DNA of 64,000 nucleotides from Elusimicrobiota bacterium. GTDB lineage: Bacteria > Elusimicrobiota > Elusimicrobia > UBA1565 > UBA9628. The stretch covers positions 3,794 through 67,793 of the forward strand of contig JAUYSH010000110.1 of assembly GCA_030696455.1 (NCBI GenBank), given 5' to 3'. This document shows positions 58,041 to 64,000 of this stretch, piece after piece. Position 1 is the first letter of the stretch; each line of letters begins with the position of its first letter. A program made the position numbers and the translations under genes. The notes beneath the pieces were generated by a model, which worked only from the letters and a program-made list of their open reading frames with translations, did not search any database and had not been told where the DNA came from.

Positions 58041-58511
58041 ATGACGACCAAGACCGACGAGCGGAAGGCCGCCGGCACCGTCCGGCTCCACCGCGTGCTC
58101 AAGGCGCCGCCGGAGCGCGTCTACAAGGCGGTCCTCGATCCGGCGGCGAACTGCAAGTGGCTGCCGCCGCACGGCTTCACCTGCACGGTCCATAGCCTCG
58201 ACGCGAAGGTGGGCGGGACCTATAAGATGTCGTTCACGAACTTCTCCACGGGCAAGACCATGCCCTTCGGCGGCACGTACGTCGAGCTCAAGACCGGCGA
58301 ACGCATCGTCGCCACCGACGTCTTCGGCGACCCCGATATGCCGGGACAGATGCGCACCACCTACACGTTCACGAAAGTCTCCGTCGGCACCGAGGTGAGC
58401 ATCGTGCAGGAAGGCATCCCGGCGATGATCCCGGTCGAGGCCTGCTATCTGGGCTGGCAGGAGTCGCTGGAGCAGCTCGCCAAGCTCGTCGAAACGGAAA
58501 TTCCAGACTAA
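58041..58511 (+). CDS. SRPBCC/AHSA1-family protein
   Basis: TVRLHRVLKAPPERVY, WLPPHGF, VGGTYKMSF, CYLGWQESL; SD AGGAGG. Confidence 0.93.
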   Translation: MTTKTDERKAAGTVRLHRVLKAPPERVYKAVLDPAANCKWLPPHGFTCTVHSLDAKVGGTYKMSFTNFSTGKTMPFGGTYVELKTGERIVATDVFGDPDMPGQMRTTYTFTKVSVGTEVSIVQEGIPAMIPVEACYLGWQESLEQLAKLVETEIPD

Positions 58512-58571
58512 TACGGGCGGCCGGCGATCCTATTCCATCCGGACGCGGGACAGGACTCGCGAATCCTTCGC

Positions 58572-58600
58572 TGGACTGCGCCGTGCCGAACGGTTACACT
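58572..58600 (+). promoter_or_regulatory. Sigma70 promoter TGGACT-N17-TACACT upstream of the RAPP ORF
   Basis: Consensus-like hexamers with 17-bp spacer; ATG 10 nt downstream. Confidence 0.6.
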
Positions 58601-58610
58601 CACTTCGACC

Positions 58611-59009
58611 ATGACTTGGAAAAATCCGCTGGCCGGGAGCAGGCGCATCCTTCCCGTCCTCTTGTTCCTCCTGGGCTGCTTCCCCTCGCGCGGGCTCTAT
58701 TTTCTCGTCAATAACGACGCCTCCCCCGGCGGACTCGTCCGCACGCATCAGCCGGCGCTCCGCGCCCCCGTCAATCCGCGCCCGAAGCTGAACCAAGATC
58801 TTCCTCCGTTGCCCAAGCGCCTGTCCCGCGTACCCAGAGCCCTCCAGGAAAGCCCTTCCATTCCCGCATGGACCGACGGCGAGCCGCTGACGGTGACCCC
58901 GCCCCGCTCGTTCACGCGCCTCGCGCTTTTCGGGGCCGAAGGCCCGCCGTCGCGCCGGACCGCGGTCGTCGAGCCTCCCGGTCGAGCGCCTCCCCCCGCC
59001 GTCTCCTGA
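58611..59009 (+). CDS. Putative translation-arrest leader protein (hydrophobic N-terminus, C-terminal RAPP)
   Basis: RRILPVLLFLLGCF; Pro-rich linker; ends GRAPPPAVS*. Confidence 0.65.
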   Translation: MTWKNPLAGSRRILPVLLFLLGCFPSRGLYFLVNNDASPGGLVRTHQPALRAPVNPRPKLNQDLPPLPKRLSRVPRALQESPSIPAWTDGEPLTVTPPRSFTRLALFGAEGPPSRRTAVVEPPGRAPPPAVS

Positions 59010-59104
59010 CGAACGCCCGCGGCCCGTCGGCCGCGCCGACCGGCCCTCCGCTCCTTACGCGGGCGGTCGAATCGGGATGCCGCCCGTCGCCAGGGAGGAA
59101 AACG

Positions 59105-60271
59105 ATGCCCCTTTATCTACGCCGCTCGCTCACGCTTATCCTGTTCACCGTGCCCGCCGCCGCCGGGATGCTGCCCCTACGCATTCCTTTCCAAGGCAAA
59201 CTGGTCGATCCGACGACGAACGCCCCTCGCAACGGGAGCATCAGCATGCAGTTCCGGCTGTACGACGCCCCCACCGGAGGCTCCGCGCTGTTCACGGAGA
59301 CCCAGGCCGTCGCCGTTAACAACGGGGTCTTCTCCGTACAGATCGGCACGACCTCGCGGCTCGATGCCGACCTGTTCTCAGGCGCCTCGGCTTACCTCGG
59401 CATCACCGTGGAATCGGACAGCGAGATGCTCCCGCGGCAGCCGTTGTCGATGACGCCGTACGCCTTCACCGCGATGCAGCTCGTCAACGACGGAGACATC
59501 CGCGTCAACGCCGGGACCGCCTACTCGACCTTCACCTCGGCCGGCAACCTGCTCCTGCCCCACGGCGTGACCGCCGCGACCGCCTCGTTCACGGCCGCGG
59601 GCGCGACGGTGTTCTCCCTGCAAACCTCCTCGGGCGTCAACGTTCTCGGCGGCACGCTCAGGCTCTCCCCGTCCTCCAGAGGGCTCGACGCGACCGGAAC
59701 GGGGATCACGGCCAGCACCGGCGCGTTCCTGGGCTACCTCGACGCCGCGGGCGCCGCGGCGCCCGCAGTCTCGGGGGCCGGCGCGCTGCGGATCTACTAC
59801 GATTCGACGAGAGAACAGTGGCTCGCGTCGGCCGGCGGGCGGGCCTTCAGCCCGGTCGGCACCATGAGCACGACGCTGTGGAACACCAATTCGGTCGCCG
59901 GCGTGATTAACCAGGGCAACAACATCCCGGCCGCGCTCGCTGAATTCAACGCGGCGATCCAGGGCACCCGCATGAACATCGACTGCGACGACCTTCCCGC
60001 GCGGCTGGCCTTACGCTACAACCTCAGGGCCATCACGGGAACCCCGCTGACGATCATCCTATCGGTGCGCGATACATCGAACACGGCGAACGTGCTGGTC
60101 ACCGCCTCCCAGGCGACCACCGGAGCCGGCACCTCGTATCAGGGGCAGTCCGCGTTCACCGCCAAGCCCGGCTGGTGCACCGGGACCCAGACCGTCGCCA
60201 TCTACACTTCCGGCGGCAACGGCGGCGCGGACTTCATACTTCCGCACCTTCTTCTCATGGGCCAGCCTTGA
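59105..60271 (+). CDS. Secreted fibre/adhesin-like protein
   Basis: Signal peptide, then IPFQGKL..MQFRLYDAPTGG..ETQ..NGVFSVQIG..PR..L..PYA domain and Gly/Thr/Ala-rich stalk; SD GGGAGG at 59093-59098. Confidence 0.75.
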   Translation: MPLYLRRSLTLILFTVPAAAGMLPLRIPFQGKLVDPTTNAPRNGSISMQFRLYDAPTGGSALFTETQAVAVNNGVFSVQIGTTSRLDADLFSGASAYLGITVESDSEMLPRQPLSMTPYAFTAMQLVNDGDIRVNAGTAYSTFTSAGNLLLPHGVTAATASFTAAGATVFSLQTSSGVNVLGGTLRLSPSSRGLDATGTGITASTGAFLGYLDAAGAAAPAVSGAGALRIYYDSTREQWLASAGGRAFSPVGTMSTTLWNTNSVAGVINQGNNIPAALAEFNAAIQGTRMNIDCDDLPARLALRYNLRAITGTPLTIILSVRDTSNTANVLVTASQATTGAGTSYQGQSAFTAKPGWCTGTQTVAIYTSGGNGGADFILPHLLLMGQP

Positions 60272-60387
60272 CGACGCGGGAGCCGTCAAAGCAATACGGC
60301 AAAACCCTTACGAATGCTCAGCACACATTCGCGGCTCGAATCGATAGATTCGGACCCCGGGCGCCCCCGCGAAGCAAGGAGACATTC

Positions 60388-60577
60388 ATGAGAACCAGAG
60401 ACAAGATGATCGGAGCCGGAATCGGCCTGGCGGCGCTCGCCGCGGCCGGCACCTGCTTCCTCTACGACAACCGCGGAGCGCTTCGGACGAGTCAAGAAGG
60501 TCGGCGCCTCCGAACTTCGGATCATCACCGCCGATCTCAAGCGGGCCTGGTCGCACATCGGAAAGGAGCTGGAATGA
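60388..60577 (+). pseudogene. Small membrane-anchored protein gene with apparent internal deletion or frameshift
   Basis: SD AAGGAG; MRTRDKMIGAGIGLAALAAAGTCFLY in one frame, RVKKVGASELRIITADLKRAWSHIGKELE* in another. Confidence 0.5.
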
Positions 60578-60651
60578 ACGATGGTGTCTAGCGCTCCGCC
60601 GATCCGCCTGCGCTGGAAGCACCGGCGGATTCGAGCTATACTAGGCGCGGA

Positions 60652-61566
60652 ATGAAAGTCATCCTCGCCGGCGGCACGGGCTTCATCGGAAGCGCCCTCA
60701 TCGAAGCTCTGCTCGAGCGGGGCGATAAGGTCGTCCTGCTCACGCGCGACCCCGCCTCCGCCCAGCGCCGCTGGGACGCGAAGGTGGACGCCCGCCTCTG
60801 GAACGGCCGAGACCCCGGCCCCTGGGTGATGACCCTCGACGGCGCCGACGCCGTGATCAATCTCGCCGGAGAAAGCGTGGCCGGCGGCCGGTGGACGCCG
60901 GAACGCAAGCTCGCCCTGATCCGCAGCCGCGTCGACTCGACGCGCGACCTGATCGCCGGGATGAAGGCGGCCCGGGAGCGCCCGCTGGTCCTCGTCAACG
61001 CCTCGGCCGTCGGCTATTATGGCTTCCATCCGGAGGGCGACTGCGCCGAGGACGCCGCGCGCGGCTCGGACTTCCTCGCCGCGCTGTGCGGCCAATGGGA
61101 GCGCGACGCCCGCGACGCGGAGAAGCTCGAGGTGCGCGTCGTGCTGACCCGGTTCGGAGTCGTCCTCGGCCGAGGAGGAGGCGCGCTCGCCAAGATGCTG
61201 CCCCCGTTCAAGCTCGGCCTGGGCGGCCCGCTCGGCTCGGGACGCCAGCCGTTCCCCTGGGTCCATATCGACGACGTCGTCGGCGCGCTCCTCTTCGCCA
61301 TCGACGACGCCCGGCTGACCGGTCCGGTAAACGTCGTGGCGCCCGACGCGACCACGAACGCCGGGTTCACCAAGGCCCTCGGCCGCGCGCTCCATCGCCC
61401 GGCAATCCTGCCCGCGCCGGGCTTCGCGCTGCGCCTGGCGCTGGGCGAGATGGCGAGCATGCTTCTTGACGGGCAGCGCGCCGTTCCCAAAAAGCTGCTC
61501 GAGCTCGGCTACAAGTTCCGACACCCCTCGCTCGACGGGGCCCTCGCCGCGTTATTCGCGAGGTAG
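60652..61566 (+). CDS. TIGR01777-family NAD-dependent epimerase/oxidoreductase
   Basis: GGTGFIG, INLAGE, SAVGYYG, GGPLGSGRQ..WVHIDD, GPVN. Confidence 0.93.
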   Translation: MKVILAGGTGFIGSALIEALLERGDKVVLLTRDPASAQRRWDAKVDARLWNGRDPGPWVMTLDGADAVINLAGESVAGGRWTPERKLALIRSRVDSTRDLIAGMKAARERPLVLVNASAVGYYGFHPEGDCAEDAARGSDFLAALCGQWERDARDAEKLEVRVVLTRFGVVLGRGGGALAKMLPPFKLGLGGPLGSGRQPFPWVHIDDVVGALLFAIDDARLTGPVNVVAPDATTNAGFTKALGRALHRPAILPAPGFALRLALGEMASMLLDGQRAVPKKLLELGYKFRHPSLDGALAALFAR

Positions 61567-61582
61567 GGAGGGTCGCGGCCCG

Positions 61583-61630
61583 GTCATCCTCTTTACCAAC
61601 AGCGCTGGCGGCAAAGGGGATAACCTCATC
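61583..61630. repeat. Intergenic hairpin repeat, copy 2 (core inverted relative to copy 1)
   Basis: Flanks identical to 33672-33718. Confidence 0.85.
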
Positions 61631-61647
61631 GTCATGTCCCCGGCAGG

Positions 61648-63876
61648 CTACTTCGAAACGGCGGTGAAGACGCCGTCCCAGTCCGCGGGCGGCGCCTCGG
61701 CGCGGAACGCGGCGATGCGCGCGGCGAGGGCGTCGTAGTACCCGCCCATCGCGCCGTACTCGTCGAGCGCCCGGCACCCGGCCAACCCGCCCTCCGCCTT
61801 GTCCCAGCGCATGGCGCGGTAGTCGGCGAGCAACTCGTCGTGGCGCGCGGCCAGACGATGGAAGCCCCCGGACGCGGCGACGCCGGGATCGCCGACGAGA
61901 GCGAAGACGCGCACCGGCACGGTCTTGCCCTTGACGCGGATGAGGTCGAGCTCGAGCGCGGCGAATTCGGACGCCAGCTCGCGAGTGCGCGGGCCGATGA
62001 CGGTGTTCACACCGTAGGGCTTGGACTGGCCCTCGAGGCGCGAGGCGAGGTTGACGTCGTCGCCGAGCGCGGTGTAGTTGAGCTTCTGATCCGAGCCCAT
62101 GTAGCCGACACAGCAGAGCCCCGTATTGAGCCCGATCCCGATCTTGACCGGCGCGTGCCGGCGCCCGGCGGCCTCGGCCTCCGCGCGCCACTCTTCATTG
62201 AGGGCCTTGAGGCGGGCGTTCATCTCGAGCGCGGCCCGGCAGGCGTTGCGCGCGTGCTCGGCGTCGTCGGACGGGGCGTTCCAGAAGGCCATGATGCAGT
62301 CGCCGATGTACTTGTCGATGTAGCCGAAGCGCCCCATGATGATGCGGCTCATGGGCGTGAGGAAGCGGTTGATGACGCGGGTGAGCCCCTGCGCGTCGTA
62401 CAGCTCCGAGATCGACGTGAAGCCGCGGATGTCGCAGAAGAGGACGGTGATCTCGCGCGTCGCACCTCCCAGGGCGAGTCGCTCGGGATGCTTAGCCAGC
62501 TCCGCGACGAGCTTGGGGTGCAGCGACTTGCCGAAGGCCTCCGTCACGTTGCGCCTCTCGGCCTCGGTGCGCACGAAGCTGACCGCGCTCCACGTCGCGT
62601 AGACGAGGAGGATGCCCAAGGTCGGAAAGACCGGGTCGAGCAGCCAGCCCCGGGAGGCGTAGAGGTGCCAGGACGCTCCCAAGGTCGCGGCACAGCCCAG
62701 CAGGGCGACCGGCGCCGACCACGCGGCCCCCGCCCGGGTGAGCATGGTCAGCAGGACGAGGCCCAGCAGGAGCATGTAGGAGAACTCGGCGCCCTCCGCC
62801 CAGTGCGGCCGGCTCAAGAACTCCCCCGTGAGGAACATCTCCAGGGCGTTGGCGTGGGACTCGACACCCGGCGCGGCGGGGTTGAGGGGCGTGGGGCGCA
62901 GGTCCTTGAGGCCCGCGGCGCTCGTGCCGACGAAGAAGATGCGGCCCTCGAGCTCGGCGCGCGGGATCTTTCCGGCGAGCAGCCTCCACGCCGGGATGGT
63001 CCGCGCGGGGGCAGCGGCCGTGTAATGGACGCGCACGCGGCCGTCGTACTCGATGGGGATCTCGACGGCGCCGACCTTGACGCTCTCCAGCCCCGTCTCG
63101 GTCGCTTTGATCTTGAAGGTCGAGGCGCCCTGGGCCACGCGCAGGGCCTCGACGCTCAGCGACGGCAGGAGGTTGCCGCGGACCTTCACGAAGGTCGGCA
63201 CGCGCCGCACGATCGCGTCGGACTCCGGCTCCAGGGAGAACGCGCCGAGCCCTTTCGCGGCGGCATCGTGCAGGACCAGGTTGCGCGTGACCCCGCGATG
63301 ATCGGGAAGGTAGCCGGAGGGATCCGGGCCCAAGAAGGCGTAGCCGGCCTTGGCCTCGAGCGCGGCGGCCCCTTGGCCGTGCGCGACGAAGCCCAGGACG
63401 ACGGGGCCGCGACGCACCTCGTCGGCGAAGAGGCGGTCGTGGTCGGGCATGCGCGCCAGCGCCGCCTTGAGGGCGGGGTCGGCGCCCGGGCCCAGCGCCG
63501 CCGACACATGCGACGGGGAGGTGCGGTCGGGCTCGGGGAAGACCGCGTCGAAGGCGATCGCCGCGGCTCCGCCTTCGCGCAGGCGCCGCGTCAGCCCGGC
63601 GACGGTGGTGCGCGGCCAAGGCCATTGGCCGATCTTCGCCAACGTCTCGTCGTCGATATCGATGATGCGCACGCCGGCGTCTTGATAGACGCGGGGCTTG
63701 AGGCGCTGGTAGCCGTCGAAGGCGCGGTTCTGGATCCAGTCGGAGACGCCGGGGAACTGCGAGCGCACGAGCGCCAGGCACAGCAGGGCGCCGGCGGGCA
63801 AGGCCGTGTTCGTGCGCGCGGACATCTTGCGGGCGCGCTCCTTGAACCAGCCCGCGGCGCGGGCGCGCATCGTCAT
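61648..63876 (-). CDS. CHASE2-domain class III adenylate/guanylate cyclase
   Basis: IDIDDETL..GQWPWPR; three TM segments; FCDIRGFT, DKYIGDCIMAFW, GDDVNLASRLEG, VKGK. Confidence 0.95.
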   Translation of the reverse strand: MTMRARAAGWFKERARKMSARTNTALPAGALLCLALVRSQFPGVSDWIQNRAFDGYQRLKPRVYQDAGVRIIDIDDETLAKIGQWPWPRTTVAGLTRRLREGGAAAIAFDAVFPEPDRTSPSHVSAALGPGADPALKAALARMPDHDRLFADEVRRGPVVLGFVAHGQGAAALEAKAGYAFLGPDPSGYLPDHRGVTRNLVLHDAAAKGLGAFSLEPESDAIVRRVPTFVKVRGNLLPSLSVEALRVAQGASTFKIKATETGLESVKVGAVEIPIEYDGRVRVHYTAAAPARTIPAWRLLAGKIPRAELEGRIFFVGTSAAGLKDLRPTPLNPAAPGVESHANALEMFLTGEFLSRPHWAEGAEFSYMLLLGLVLLTMLTRAGAAWSAPVALLGCAATLGASWHLYASRGWLLDPVFPTLGILLVYATWSAVSFVRTEAERRNVTEAFGKSLHPKLVAELAKHPERLALGGATREITVLFCDIRGFTSISELYDAQGLTRVINRFLTPMSRIIMGRFGYIDKYIGDCIMAFWNAPSDDAEHARNACRAALEMNARLKALNEEWRAEAEAAGRRHAPVKIGIGLNTGLCCVGYMGSDQKLNYTALGDDVNLASRLEGQSKPYGVNTVIGPRTRELASEFAALELDLIRVKGKTVPVRVFALVGDPGVAASGGFHRLAARHDELLADYRAMRWDKAEGGLAGCRALDEYGAMGGYYDALAARIAAFRAEAPPADWDGVFTAVSK

Positions 63877-64000
63877 GCGCTCATTTTCCTTTATTCGCGC
63901 CCGCAGCGCAACGTTCCGGCAGGCCGCCTCCTGGGTCCAAGGTCTAAGGGAATACGGGCCTTTCTTCCCTAGGCCTCCGTCGGGGGACGATGGTAGGATG

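Overview
A high-GC (about 70% by eye) chromosomal segment of a diderm bacterium. Gene style and content suggest Elusimicrobiota or a similar poorly studied lineage; this is an inference. Housekeeping genes include thyX, trmL, glgC, phoH-ybeY, leuS-lptE-holA, rpsT, uvrC, pilB-pilT-pilC, dksA, gltX-recN-nadK and comEC, interspersed with envelope, secreted and signalling genes. I saw no rRNA, tRNA, CRISPR array, transposase or prophage. The most notable signals are: (1) an upstream ORF with a hydrophobic N-terminus and a C-terminal RAPP ribosome-arrest motif, whose 3' end is complementary to the Shine-Dalgarno of a downstream fibre-like surface protein; (2) a GspE/PilB-family ATPase flanked by two receiver domains and coupled to a REC-Hpt gene, lying between glycogen genes; (3) a PorP/PorV-like barrel coupled to a large repeat protein with a T9SS type-B-like C-terminus; (4) a divergent PlsC-fold acyltransferase coupled to an ArgZ-like amidinotransferase-family enzyme; (5) many genes with a -10 box exactly 6 nt before the start codon, suggesting leaderless translation; (6) several intergenic palindrome families, one with two variants differing only by transitions and one whose core is inverted between copies; (7) three apparent pseudoenzymes (CbiX-like, phytochelatin-synthase-like, GlmU-like). 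Family assignments come from motif recognition, not database searches.
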